Part shown: positions 9,826 to 24,093 of the stretch, piece by piece | How positions within the stretch are numbered: the stretch's first letter is position 1 | How the letters are laid out: every line of letters starts with the position of its first letter | Program-made: the position numbers and the translations under genes | Assembly (NCBI GenBank): GCA_964019425.1 | Contig: OZ025788.1 | Coordinates: 558,001 to 622,000, forward strand | Direction of reading: 5' to 3' | Source of the DNA: Flectonema sp. DT1601 | Taxonomy: Eukaryota | DNA length: 64,000 bases | The notes under the pieces: generated by a model | Databases searched by the model: none | Seen by the model: only the letters and a program-made list of their open reading frames with translations | What the model was told of the DNA's origin: nothing

Positions 9826-12800
9826 GTTGTGTGCCAATTGCTTTCCTTTTGTGGTCTTTTATTACATCCAAAATACTTGTTGTCTGAAGTGTGTCTGAAT
9901 GAGCAAATTTAAAAAAACGCACTGGTGGTACCATTTTCAGTGCGATTCAACCAATACGAAGGTAACTGCCTTCTCAATTAGGACTCACTGCCCTGAAAAA
10001 GCCTGTGATACTTCCGTTATTATTATTATTATTATTATTTTCTTTCCTATTTCTGTTCTGTCTTGTGGGTCAGAATATTTTCCTTTACCGAGAGAGTACA
10101 TTTTGCTTTTTTTTTTTTTCCTTCTTTTTTTTAGGTATCAAATTTACTTTTGGCAACACTAAAAAAAGGAAGCGAATAAAAAAAGGGGAAAAAAAAAAGT
10201 CAGTTTATACTATACAGAAAAAAAAAACAGAATATTTTTTTGCAGCTTATAACCCGCCTACTAAGGAGGCTGGCAGACGAAACGAATACTGCCTTCAGTA
10301 GGTAGGTTACTGTTTAACAATTAATGTTTTTGTGGTTCTAACCTGGAACCATTTTTAGCATTCTTTCCCAGAAGTAGTTATAGTTTCCCCCAAACACTGG
10401 GCTGCCTTTTTACTTTTTCACAAACTACTTATGAAGAAGAATGAAATACTTTCTTTTTCGTTCAAAACCTTTTTTTTTTTCTTTTTCCCGCCCTTTTTAT
10501 TCAAAATAATACTTCAGTGCTATTTTTTCTTTAAAATCCCCGAATATTGTGATGTAAATGATGAGCGTTTACAGCACACACACTGTATACATCCTTAGGC
10601 TTACATACTCATTTGGGGTACCCACTGATTCTAGAAGAATTCTTACGTTTGTGCCAGTTTCTTTGAGAAGTCTACTGTCCCTTTATTTAATTTTTTTATA
10701 GCCTCAATTACGACTGTGTTTGTTGTGTCAAATTTAGCTTTACTACCAGGTTAGGGTTGCTTCTCTTTTTTTACTCTAATACTGAGAAACAGATACTCTT
10801 ACGGCAATTATAGATCAAAAAACCCACGAAGTTCAATCACCATTAAAGACATAAAAATTAATTTTTTCTTTTTTCTTTTCCTCACGCGTGTGTCAAGCAT
10901 TTTGTTAATATTTTCTGCTTAAAAAGACCTACGTTTGTGTGATACAAAAGCAAACATTTAGAGCAGCACTAAGAAAGTCGCTTACGATCAACCAATTACT
11001 CAACATGACTGCGACAAGCCATCTATTTGCTGTGACCCTTATGGGGCTTTAATTAGCCTAATGAAAAAACAACAGACGGTGTGAATAACGTTCTTTATTG
11101 TTAAAGCTTGAGTGACAGCACGTCATAGACTTACGGAATAGGCTTTAATAGCTTTATAAAAAAAATAAACGGGACGGTTAGTTTTCTTCTCTTTTTTAGT
11201 AGACAAGTGATGCCTAGTCACTCAATAAGATTTCTATTATTTTCCTTCTTTTTTATTTTTTCCATTGTTGGTGTCACGGCTTACCAAAGGGAAGTAAGTT
11301 TCATTGAGAAGGGAATTGTATTGCACTGCAATCTTACTTGTTATTTGTAGGTATTTCGTCTATATCAGAAGTTGTTATTTTGGATAGGAGAACGCGGACT
11401 TAATGTAGAAAATTTCACCAATGAGTGTTTCTCTCTTTTTTTTTTTTTTCTCTTTTTTTTTTTCATTCATTACTTGGGTTGAAACTCAATAAGTGTTTGA
11501 GAAAACATAATGTACATCAAGAAGGAAAAGGTAACAATTTATCTCAGCAGATATTCAGGGTTTCTTTAGGATTTTTCTATCCAGCCTAATTATTTCCGTC
11601 TCTGCTTTCTAGTTTCCTTCAGGACAGTTGGTGTTTGTTAGTACTGCGACTGCGAAAAAGCTACTCCATTCTTTTTTCTTTTAGTGTTGTATAGCCGCTT
11701 TTCAAGGAAGACTAAGGCCACAAGTGTTATCTTGTTTTACAACATGTGTTGGTAATGTTCCTCAATTGCAATGTCTTTATTGTGGTTAGTTGAAAGAAAT
11801 TAGACTGCAAATAGCTATTTCCATTTTTTTATTTTTTATTTCTTATCGCGTTTTCTTATTCACCGTACTTGCGCTGAGACTCCAGCGTGAATTCACCCTA
11901 TTTTTTTTTTTTTTTTTTGATTTTCTCACTAGCAACGAGCTTGAAGTATTGTGCGTGTTGCTGGTCAACAGTTTTCTTGCACTGGACTTTTTTTAAAAAA
12001 ACTATAGCTACATTGTTCATTGTTCATTTTCTTTTTTTTTTTTGTACTATTTAAGCAACCTTACAAAAAGGTTCCTTTTTTGGGGTATGGACTTGCCTCT
12101 AACTTCTGTTTCATTGCTTTTGTTTTTTCTAGTCTCTCAGCTCGACCTTGTTTAGTTAGGTTGGTCTTTCCTGAATACCTTTTTCCGCAAAAAAAAAAAA
12201 AGGTTCAAAAAAAAAGAAAGAAAGGAATTCAGAAAACTGGAAGGAAAGAGAAAAAAAAAACTATTTTCTCACTCTCACCTATCTTTTTTTTTTCTTTCCA
12301 TTGTTTTCTTGTCTCTTCTTGTCCCTGTGCACAGTGAGTTTCTAGAAATTTTCGGTAAAAAAAAGGGGGGAGGACGTGTTGCAATTATTTTCATGCACAT
12401 GCTCTCCTTTTTAAAGTGAAATTGCTGGAGGAACTAAATAGAAGTTGAAACGAACCCTCAGTGACCCTTCGGTCTTTTTTTTTTTGTTCTAACTGTTTTT
12501 TTGAGGTTTTCGTGAAAAGTTTTTTTTTTTTTTTTTTTTTTAAATTTACTTTTATATTCCGGAATACAAGAAGAAAAAAAAATGAAAGCGGAATTGAAGC
12601 GAAATAGCCGTAATCGGTTGTTTTGTTTCTCTTCTTGTGTACATCATCTGTATTATGTCATTCCCCACTTGGTCACGTTAGTTAACCCCCCGACACAAAT
12701 TTGTTTGCTTCTCCCCCCTTTTTTTTTACCTGTTTAATTTAAGCATCCTGTTTTTTATATATTGCTAAAAATTAAAAAAAAAAAAAAAATACGAAGATAC

Positions 12801-15800
12801 GAAAAATAAAATAAAAAAAGAAATAATTATTATTATAAATAAGAAAAAAAACACGTTAGCTTTCCTGTCATGGAAGGTATTTTTTAGTTTACTTTTTTTT
12901 TTTTCTCCCAAAAAAAAAAAAATGAATAGATGCATAAGAGTCAAATGCAATGTTTTCTCCCTGTTCCACATCTGGGAAATGTAGTTAAATATTGATTGTT
13001 GCTATAAGTAGTAAATTTGAAAAAAAAAAAAAAAAAAAATAGAGGCTCCGAAAGGGCTCTGTCCATTTCCCCATTTTTCTCCCAGGTTATGTAGCTTGCC
13101 AGTTATGGTAAGTGGACATAAAAATTTTATTCAAAAACTTAGCCTTTCGTTTTGTTATCCCATTACATAAGCTCAGAATTTTAAAATTTTTGTGTTGTTT
13201 TTTTTTTGTAGCCCGTTAACGACATCAGTATTGTACGTTGTACTTTGTGTGTAGATCGTTGAGACGCTTTAAAAAAAGGATTCTTCTTTTCTATTGGTTA
13301 CCGCATTGGAGAACACCCTTTTTTTTCTATGCTTTGTCCTCAGATATTTACAGGAATCTTTTTGATTTATTTTCCCCCGTTTGCATTCCTCCTGTTTCAT
13401 TTGTATGCACAGCGAAAGCGTTAGCGTTGCTCCTGTTTTTTTTTATTATTATTTTTTTTTTTTTTATCTTTCTTCCCTGATTTGTTTTGTTGCGACTGAG
13501 GGCTTCGCTTTTTCGCACAGAATGGTAGTTGATAGGGGAAGCATATACCCGGCTTTAGTTCTGTTGACAATTCTATTGTCTCCTCGTCTTATTCACTTTT
13601 CTAACGATACTTCAAGATAACTCTATTGCTTTAGCTTATTTGGAGATTATGCATTTGAGTTGAAAAGGTCTCGTTGCCTGGCCTCCTGCATTTTAAAATT
13701 AGTTTTCTTTTCTGACTTGTCATTTATTTTTTTAAGGGCTTTCTTTGAAGAGAAGAAGCTCTGCGAGGGCTACGTCTGTAAAATCACTGTGAATTTCGCT
13801 TGTGATTTATATATAGGATGAATAACAAAAACCCTCCTCTGTTTTTCTTTTTTTTGGCATTATTTAGAATAATAACTATGATTTGCGTTTTTTTTTTCTT
13901 CCCCTTTTTTTCGATGATTTTTTTCCCCCTTTCTCTTTTCTACTCAACTGCATATTTCTTTTTTTAAAAAAAATTCTGTTTTAAGTTCTGCTTTGATGAT
14001 CTACTGATCATGAAAATCTTGGTGTTTTGTGTCTGGCATTACACCCGTCCCAATTCTTTATTTACTCTCCTTGGTAATATTCTGTGGTCGCTTGCTTGTT
14101 GAATTCTTTTCTTGAGCTATTTCGAGAATGATTTAACTTGTACTAGCATCTTGATACCCTTCCCCCCTCTCTAAATTGCAAACCAGCATTAATTATTCTT
14201 ACATTGTGTAGCCACTGAAAACAGCCGATGAAGCGCCAACTCTGTTGCGTGAATTCTGCTTGACTGATTGTTGTTTCCCACTGTAATCAAAAACTTGCAG
14301 TGTGTTCCAACCACGTAGAAAGCTACTCAATCCGTTTTTTATATATTTTCATTTTGTGTTGTCTTTTTTATGTAGACAACCTTAAAAAAAAAAAAAGAAT
14401 AAAAAAGGAAAAACACTCATTGAAGTCTGGCCTGAGAATTTCGCAGCCTTTCTTCTAATCATCCGAAGCCGAACTTAGCTCTCTGTAGAGTGCTGTTTTT
14501 CTCTAAAACTCCTTTTTGCGTTGTTCTGTTCTTGTGCTTTGTGTTGTTGTTGATCTTTTACTATCTTTGACCATTTCAAAAAGCTTTGTTCTAAGTCGTG
14601 AACAGCTATGCAAATAATATTTTGGGAATTGATAAGCCTAGCTGGGATGGTTTTCCTTTTTTTTTTCTTTTCCCCTTTCTTATTTTTTGGTTCATACAAA
14701 AAAAAAAAAAAAAAAAGAGGAAAAAAATTAGTTCATTTTACTGTGGATCTCTTGACTATTCGGGACGTTTCTACACACATTTGGTACTTCAATTACGTTT
14801 GTTTTTTTTATTATGGAATGTTCTTCTTATGACTAACATCGGTTGCTACTGTTCTCTATCTTTTTCTTTCTTCACCCCTTTGATATATTTAGCTACAAGT
14901 CAGTGACACTGCAGAGTGTCTGCTGTGATGAGACTTGTCATTGCGTTACCTGCGATTGGTCTTTTTGTTATTCATTTGGTGTGCGAGTTCGTGATTATTT
15001 TAGCAATTTAAAAACGAAAGAATTAGTATAACTTATTCAACGAATTAGACTTGCTATATAACGCACGAATACAGCAGAAATTGCAATTCATCTTTCTCTT
15101 TTTTTTTTCTCTTTTAGAGCATGTAGTTTTTTTAAAAATTCTGATTACTGGTGGAGGTGGACTATCTTGAAAAAATGACAGTTTCTTAGAGCTCTGTTGG
15201 TAGCAACGTACTTCATGTGACAAACACGTACACTCAATACGTCGTATAAATGGCGTGAGAAAAGTGTGTTATCTGCCGACAAAATAACTGTTTTGTAGGT
15301 GCGTTGTAAGCAATATCTATTGTGTTTCTAAGAAGTAGTCCTGCTTTGACCTTGTGACACGGTAAACGATAAAATTCGTTTTAGTCATTGGGTCTGATTC
15401 CCTTCAAGTCTCAACACAAGAAGGGTGAGATCAAACAAACCCACTTCTTTAGTGTATTCGCCAGTATGATTTTCTCTACATTGCCCGTTTTCTTTTTTTG
15501 TGCGAAAAAGAAATCTTTGTCTTTGACCTCACACATTTTAATACGGGCAAGCAATGTCCTTTTTTTTATTTTGTTACTTGTCATTGGTTTTGAAAGAATA
15601 TATAAATTAACCTTTACACAAGTAGGAATGTGGTTATTTGAGAAACTGTTGTCTGTAGTTCTGATTCCTATTTTTTTGTTTGGGATTCGTATGTTCTTTA
15701 AGAAATTATTCGCCAATCAAAGTAATCTCACTTTACATTTATATATATTGTTACTTATAATGTTTTCTATTTTTGCTGCATTAATGAAATATTTTTCTCT

Positions 15801-18800
15801 GATGACGACAAAAACCTTTTTTATTTATTTATTTATTTTTTTTTATTTTTATGACTGGTTCTTACCAACAGTTTTGTAGACAACCGAAGGAACATTCGGA
15901 AAGCAGAATCGTTTGTTAGTTTTTTTTATTTTATTTTTCCCCTCTAGCTGATTCGTTCTTTATTCTTAATCAGTGAATGGTTCTATTTTATTGGTGCCTC
16001 AATTTCCGTTCTCTGTACACCTACGGGCATAGTATGCAGCTGGTGGCCAAAAAATTCCACAAAGCAATTAAAATTTTTTAATTCATTTCCTCATTTTTTT
16101 TTAATTTCTTTATTTTATTTTCCCCTTTTTCATTATTTTTGTGAAGTTAGAAAAAAAAAAAAAAAGAAAGTTCTGTTTTGCAACTTCTGGAAACACCAGA
16201 ATTCGGGTAATAATCACTTAGTAATTCCCGTATTACAAGACTTTTTTTAAAAAAAAAGAAAAAAAAAAACTTCAATTCTATCTTTGCCGTATCCGCAAAA
16301 GATCATGCCATTTTTTTTTTTTTTTTTGAGTTTCCTTTTTCGTTGTATTTTCTTCAATCGATCATTCCTTTTAGCCTCTATGTATCGCGACTGTTGTCTT
16401 CTCAATGAGAAGTATACACCGCTACATAGAGAGAGCTTTTTGGAGTTAGCCGACCCTTCCCGCAAATAGTTCCCATTTTTTGGAGGTGTCACACTTTCCT
16501 TCCGATTGGCGTTTTTCAAGTCTAGTGCGATTAAATGCGATTGTAGAGTAGACGCTCTCTCCTCTTGTGTCATAAAAAGGCGTAAGAATGAAGAAGAAGC
16601 ATGCGTATGTCTGTTTACTGACTTTATCGGTTGCGTTTTGTTCGCAAGAAGAAAATCACACTATGATAAGAAGAAAATTTCAAAAGAAGAAGGTTTTTTA
16701 ATTTGAAAATTTGAAAAAAAAGAAGGGAAAAAAAAAAATTATATCATTAGGCGACATCTTTGCATGCAAAGATTAAAATTTCTTATTTATTTGTTTATTT
16801 TTCTTGAATAAAAGAAATGAAAGTACTTTTTATTTATTATTTTTTATAGTTTGAAAGCCTTTGTTATAGAATTTCCAAATTAAGTTAAAACTTCCTGTAT
16901 GCAACAATCATTTATTTATTATATTTTTTAGTGAGATGTGAAACCTTTTGTGCAGTGGAAATAGGAAGCTTTGAGAGAGAACCTCACAAGGCGCAATACC
17001 CTGTTTATCACTGCAGGCTTTTATGATTTTTTTATATACTGTTAGCTGGCAAGGTCCTTTTTTATAGCCTTGTCTGAAGCCACGTGCATGTTTCGTTTCT
17101 TTTTTTCTTTTACTCTCATTTGTCTGTTTTCTAGGGAATTGAGTTCTTTTTTTTTAATTTATTTTTTATTTTACTTAATAACTTGTAACTGTTAATCGAT
17201 GAGTGTAGACACACGTAGTCGCCTAGTCAGGAAAATCAATACTGGATCAATGATGAATGATGTTCCCAAAGTAATAAATCTTTGAGTATAGCTACCTACC
17301 TTCAATAGATAAATAAATAATCTGCAGTGATGTGTGATTGTTATGGAAGCTAAATTAACAGTAATTCGGCCTTCACGTTTTCCCCATTCTCAAGTACACA
17401 ATTGTTATTTTTAAAAAAAGCTTACTAGGTATTGATCTATGACCCCCTCGCTGCTGCTCTTTTTGTAAAAGAGTAGCAGGCGGCTTACTCTGTGAGCTCA
17501 GTCACAATCGGTTTCCCCCGAGTTGCAGTTACAGCTTTTTTTTTTCTGTTTGCTCTTCTTCACGACGTGAAAGTATTGTACGCTAGGGTGTGCGATGATA
17601 CGTCGGTTCTGGAGCTCCGCGGTAGCTATAAAGATAAAATATTGTGCATTATCTTTCCTCTGTACTCTTCGAGTTGTGAAGTGTACAAATGTTAAGAAGG
17701 TGCATAATGTTTGACATTATGCAGTTGATGTTCCCCCCCCAATGAGTGAAGGAGAACTATTTCCCTGTTCTCTCTTCATGATGTAGTGAAACCCATCCCT
17801 GCCTACGGGCGGTAGCACAGACATGCGATATTCTGTATAGTCTACCTGAGATATACTATTTTATTTTTATATGTTCAGTTTACGTTACTGATGAGAATAA
17901 CGGCGGCACTGTAAACTGCTTGCAGTTAGAAGTCAGATCGCGAACCATAGCACTGTTTTTGGTTTGTGCCAAAGCACTGTAAGATGATTCTCATTTATTA
18001 TTATTTTTATTCTTTTTGCTTTTTAGTGCTGCGTGAACCCAGTGTTGTGTTGAAGACCGCTGTGACTACCCTGTTTCTGATTTCAGGAAAGCAAAACTAC
18101 CGCTTGCCGCAAGAAAGTCGATAGGCGTGCTTGTTTTTTGTTATTTCCATGGAACGGGAATTTCAGGCCCGGTGATTTGGTTTCTTCAGCACAACGCCCC
18201 TTTAAAAAAAAAAAAAAAAAAAGAAAGAAAATAGAAAAAGCTCGTAAGGTCAAAACCTCCTGTAAATTATAGGTGGCTGTCTTTTCTACCAAGCTAATAA
18301 AATTATTTTTATAAAGGCATTTTTTTTTATTTGCAGTAAGAAAATTGCCTTGGAATTTCAGTAGTTTAATGTATTTACCTATTGTAAGGAATCAGTGGTG
18401 AAAAACAACTAGAATTGGAGGTGGATAATATAAAATTTTATTTTATTTTTTATATTCAAAATTGCTGTCGCTGCGGATTCTCTAACAACATCACCGCTCG
18501 CTAGCTTGTTTTTCAAAATAAAAGAAATGGAAATAAAAATAAAAAAAATAAACAATCGGAAATAAATAGACAATATCAAAAAAAAAAAAAAAAAATAAAA
18601 ATAAAAACCCCAATCTTGGAAGCAGGGATCTAATACATCGGATCCAAACATTTTAATGACCTTTTTTTATTCAAGCCTCAGTTAGATAACGTGAGTGATG
18701 TCTGTTTTTTTTTTTTTTTTTTTCCTTTTCATATCAGCAAAAAAAAAAAAAAAAAAAAAGAAAGAAAAGCGTGAATTTCATCTTAAACCTTAATGTAAGG

Positions 18801-19620
18801 GGTACCGTTATTTTATTTATTTATTTACTATTTTTGTTTTTGCATTTAACAAGTATTGGACGAGCTAAAAGGAATGTTGGCAGCACGCGTAAACCTCCTT
18901 TAGCTTTATCAGTTTAAGTCGGTTCACGATTTCGTGCAAAAATCAACACAGTGTTATATTACTATTTTATATGTAGTTTAGGTTGAAGCCAATTCTTTTG
19001 TGTTTTTACTTAACAAGATCTACTCCTCGCCTTTTACGTTCTTTTTTTTTTGTTTTAGTAAAGGACTTGCTGCTATTTTATTTGGTCTTGGTAGCTTTTT
19101 ATTGTATAATCTCGTTTTTTTTTTTCTTCTTTTCTTCAGATATTCCCCTTTCCCCTCCACACAACACAACTAATCTCCCTTTTTCTTTTTCTCTACCGTA
19201 ATTCTAACTTACAAACCGGAGTGTGAATTCCTCTTCCAAGTAAGACGGTTTGCTATTGACTTTGTTTTCTTGTTAGTTATGCATTGTGTTATTTATATTT
19301 TTTCTATCGCCTTTACAAGCGAATTTTCATTCTTTTTTTTTTTTTCGATATTGTAATTCTTGTTAATTATACAAGAAATATCCATATAAATCCTTAGTGC
19401 TAACAGTCATGATAGATTTGTGCTCGGCATGTCTCTGCTGTTGGCTTTGCAATGGCAAATGAAAGGAAAGACGAAGAGATGCATCATATTAGATATGTCT
19501 ACTGTTGTAAGTTTCCGTTTCAGCTTAGGATATAATCAATGTTTCGAGTGCTGGCTACGGTGCTTTTGTTAGTGATTCGTAGGTGCCGAAATTAGCCAAG
19601 ACTTGCGTTAAAGGGAAAAA

Positions 19621-19654
19621 TAATAATAATAATAATAATAATAATAGTAATAAT
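19621..19654. repeat. (TAA)n microsatellite
   Basis: Directly visible, with one TAG interruption. Confidence 0.9.
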
Positions 19655-22634
19655 CAAGTCCAGCTCAGAAGTCTTTTTTTTTCCCTTTCCCGCAATTTTA
19701 TTATTCCCTCAAATTCCCCAGAGCTTACCACCCAAGTAGGGGGGTGAATAACAACTAAGAATTAACCAAAGTACATAAGAAATTTAGGTTCTATAGGCTG
19801 TATTGTTACAGCTCTTTTTATAAAATTTTTATTTTCAAAGAGACGCTTGTTTTCCTTTTCAAATGTGTGTCTTTATTACTTTTTTTTATAATTTTTTAGG
19901 CGGTACATTGCACACGTCTTATTACCTGATAGTTTTCTCACACTTCGGAGAAATAAAATGTTGATAACGATATAGAGTTTCTGGATTTTATTGGTTTCCT
20001 TAGTAGCAACTGCTCTACGGGATTAGAAAGAACAACATCACTATCCAAATCTTGCTATGTTGTTGTTGATTTCTGTATTGTGCAGAAATACTTCGGAATC
20101 TTCACGTTTTGCAAAACCCAGCTATTAGTTTTATTTTTATTTTTATTGATTCATTTTTATTATTAGTTTTTCTGTCTTTTGAAAATTACTACCACTACCG
20201 TGTCTCTCCTGCAGGAAAAAAAAAAAAAAAAAAAAAAACACACATATTTTAGTGTTAAAGTTCTGTGGGAAATAACACGGTTTGGGTTTTATTTCTATTT
20301 TTTGATTATAGGCAAGGTTGAACTTAGAGAATGCGAGAAGCAAAACTTTGATAAGACGCTGTCGAAGTAGAAATTTTTTTTTATTCTTTTTTCTTTTTTT
20401 TTTATTGTGAAGATAATATTTTCTATTAAAAAATACGAAAGGATACTACAATTTAATATTTTCGGGTTGTGGGAGTCTAGTAAGCGATTGAAAACTACTT
20501 TATGTTAAACCATTTTCACTCTTTGCTCTTCTACCATACCAACAGCTACTCTTATAAGTGTCATCGTATTAGTTCTCTTGTTACTCAATCAAAATTCTTT
20601 AATAGTTGTTTTTTTTCCTTAATTTTTTTTTTAAAAAAAAAAAATTAAAAACACCGGAGGATACCGAATCCCTGTTCTAATGTAAGCTCACAGCTCTAAT
20701 ACCTTTTTTTTTTTATTTTTTTTTATTATTATTATTTTTTTTTTTTTTCCCCTAAAAAACTTTCCTCTTCTCATATAGTCTGCCTCGTGCATGCTGTGCG
20801 TCCGAAGCCTATTTTCCGTTTTTTTTGTCCCGGAGATTGATTTTATAAAAAAAGACGAATAAATACTATTCTTTCAATATTATTATGTTAGCCCCCTACA
20901 AGCTTACTGCTTTTGAAATTAACTTACTTCTGTGGGGACTACTACCCAAGTAAATAAGTTGTTAATAACCTCTTGTGATTAATTATGCTTTTGCAAAGGT
21001 TCCCTCATAGCCGTAGAGGTTGGTTAGATGAAACAAAAAAAAAAAAAAAAACATACCCAAGTATTGAAATGATTTTTTCTGTTATTTTTTTTTATTTCAT
21101 TCTTTCCTTTTTTTGGCTCTGGGAGAATTTTATTTAAGGAAAAAAAAAAAAAAAAAAAAAAAAAGACGGATACCCAGCTGATTGAATGAAACCCCCTCAG
21201 CATATCCTCCCTTTTGACGTATCTATTTCATTCACATCAGCATCTTCCGACTAATCTTGCAGCTGTATTCGGTTTTATTGCCCTTATTAATGATCTCTCT
21301 CTCTTAGCTATTCTATTTAAATTCAGTGGAGCGTTTTGTAATAATGACCTTGAATTGGGGTCTAATTTTTTATTCTTTTTTATATTTTTTTTTATAATTA
21401 TGTTTTCTCTTTTCCATTTTTAAAAATGGATGTACAAGTGCAGCAAAAAAAAAAACAACAACACAACAACAGCAACATCGATTACAACCAACCCCTTTTC
21501 TTAGTGAAAATTAACTTAATCGGGCTATCTGATTGTCATGTGCGTGTCAGGTTAGATAGTCTCTTCTTCTGATGGTTGTGCAGCCCTTACTACCGAAATG
21601 ATAATTTGCTGTACTCAGATAACCTCGTTTGTAGTATGCAGGAAAAAAAATAATAAGAAAGAGAATTAATACGAAAGGATAGTAACGTTAAGCAATTCGT
21701 AATAAGTGTCTACCTCCATCCCTCCTTCCCACCCCTTTTAGTAGTTTCCCAGCCTTGCTAAGTTAAGATCCCGCAATAAAAACGTTTCTTTGCGATTGTA
21801 GATGCAGTCGCACTGCAGCAAAAGATCTGTTAGCGGTGAATAAAAATATCTACAACTACCTCGAGTAGAAAGGAATTGGCGTGAGTGTTTCAAAGCTGCC
21901 CCACTGTTGACTACAAAATTTTCAGGATGATGAGCTGTAAACAGAAGTTTTAGTCATCAGTATTAGCATTTCCACCCTGTAGTGGAAGCTGTACCAAATT
22001 TCTTCGTATGGAAGAAAGGGGATTAACGCCGAAAAAAAAACAAAAAAACAAATGTAACTTGCGGAGGTCTGATACAGCATTCTATAGAAGCATCAACGAC
22101 AATCAGATTGGAAAAAAAAATAAAAAAAATTGAAATTGTTCTTTGGTGGAAGACACCGCCCGTAGTGGGGTAGCGTCTCACCGGTGGAGCGTAACACGTT
22201 CCTTCATTTTTCCCGTTTTCTTCACATTCTTTGTTTTTTACTCTGTTCTCTGTCGGTATTACGTTGCACGATGATACCTGCAAAGATCAATCTGCTGCTA
22301 TACAAAAACAGCCAAGTCATAAACAAACGCTGACAGCAGTAGAGTACACCGATGGAATACATTAAGAGAGTCCCCCCTTTTTTGTTTTTTTATTTTGTTT
22401 CCGTTCTCAATCCCTCCCGTTACCGACCCTCTCTCCCCTTTTTATCTTCTGCCTGCGGTATTCTGTTTCCGACTGCTTTGATTGGTTTTTCGTTTTAGCT
22501 ATCAAAATAACTGGTTTATTATTATATACAGTTTCACAATATGATGTGATGGAAAGATGAATTTGTTCCGTAATCATTTTGTGCAAAAACAGGTTTAATT
22601 GAGATTATCTTTTTCAGAAGGAACAACCAATAAA

Positions 22635-24093
22635 ATGGCTCATGTTGGGCTATCAGTAGTAGGACAAATGAGGAGGAATATGAAGCACTCTGACTCGATA
22701 GCGAGTAAGGGAAGTAGCAAGAAGAGGAAAAAGGTTGTTTCAGGTAAGAACCCACAAAAGCAACGCCCAGCAACTCCTGACACGCTACCAATTCCACACC
22801 CATCACTAGAGCCAAGTGGTGATTCCTTAGTAGGAATGAGATTCTTGAAGAAGGATGCCAGCAACATACAGGCTAAACTGTCTCAGGGATCAAACAAGAC
22901 ACCGGAGCTTAAGAAGAAATCAACTCCTAAGAAGGAACCTCCAACTACACCGAAAGCAAAGCCAACAACCACTGAAGAAAAGAATTCTCCAGCACCAAAG
23001 AAAGCCACTCCAAAGGACACCAAAAAGAACACCCCGGCTAAAAAGCCATCAGACAAGAAGGAAGTTCCTAAGAGTCCGAAGGCGCCAAAGAAAGAGTCGG
23101 CAAAGAAGGATCCCCCAGCGAAAAAGGAATCAGCGAAGAAGGAATCAGCAAAGAAGGGGTCTGACAAGAAGGAAGTACCAAAGAGTCCAAAAGCACCAAA
23201 GAAGGAATCAGCAAAAAAAGACACCCCAGCAAAGAAGGGATCTGACAAAAAGGTTGTAAATAGCCCGAAGGTAAGTGCGAAGAAAGCAGAGAAGAAGGTT
23301 GTCAAAGAAGAACCTTCAAGTCCAGTCGCTAAGAAGGTCGGTGCCAAGAAAGCAGTTTCTAAAGACAAGCGCAAGAAAGACGATGAGAGTGATAAAACAC
23401 TCGCCACTATCGCAACTGAGGTCAAGGCAACTGGAGGATCAAAAAAGAAAGTGAAGGTAGAAGAAGCCATATCACCTGCTAAGAAACAACAAACTCCAGT
23501 GAAAACAAAAGAAAAGAGATCTTCTGAGGACTCAGGAGCTTCAAAGAAACGTTTGAAACTCGTGACATCTGATCCGATTGAAGAAGCAGCTAAGGGACTT
23601 GTATGTTACTTTATATAAATACTTTATGATGTCTTTAAACTGTTTAACAGAATAAAAAAAATAGGAAAAGAGAGCGCAGTACCTCCGAACTATCTCTAAA
23701 ATATTAGGAACAGGTTTGGATGAATTAATTCACCAGGATCCTCTTCCTGAAAAACCAGCAGCATGGCTGGGAGGATGGCTCGCAATGCAGGATGGTACGT
23801 CTTCTTCCGCCAAGAAGGAGAAGCAGTCATCAACACCGAAGTCTCCAAAGTCTCAGCCAAAAGCAGCAGTTATGTCTACAAAGAAGGTACCTGAATCACC
23901 ATCTCCATTCCTTGCTGATGTCGCCAGAAAGGTTTCTCTCGATAAGGACAAAAAAACCAAGCCTTCTGACTCGAAGAAAACTCCAACCAAGAAAGACTCT
24001 GCCAAAAAAAAATCGCCTGCAAAAACTGAAAAGAAATCGGATGATAAGAAAGCTTCCAAGCCATCAGCAAAGAGCGGAAAGTCGAAGAAATAA
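22635..24093 (+). CDS. Lys/Pro/Ser-rich (histone H1-like low-complexity) protein with a Dpy-30-like motif; join(22635..23600,23665..24093)
   Basis: Phase-0 intron 23601-23664 (GTATGT...AAAAAAAATAG) joins the two ORFs to give EKRAQYLRTISKILGTGLDELIHQDPLPEKPAAWLGGWL, resembling Dpy-30 YL...LxxGLxxL...PxxPxxxLAxYL. Flanked by PAKK/SPK repeats. Confidence 0.72.
23049..23222 (+). repeat. coding direct repeat, 21-aa unit SDKKEVPKSPKAPKKESAKKD x2
   Basis: Copies at 23049-23111 and 23160-23222 are identical in protein and differ at 12 synonymous positions. Confidence 0.9.

Larger units (their letters stand above)
3223..22600. other. ~19 kb non-coding, homopolymer-rich tract
   Basis: Dense poly(T)/poly(A) runs. 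The ORFs present are short and mostly F/K-rich homopolymer translations; no recognisable domain. Confidence 0.7.

Noticed and set aside
3277..22283. Dozens of 60-160 aa ORFs rich in F, K, L, some looking like membrane proteins (e.g. 15388..15879)
   Set aside because: They are translations of poly(T)/poly(A) runs, often starting at TTG/GTG, with no domain motifs.
22883..23470. 195-aa minus-strand ORF and other antisense ORFs (234..734, 2517..2834, 45700..46050, 54937..55272)
   Set aside because: Antisense shadows of well-supported + strand genes.
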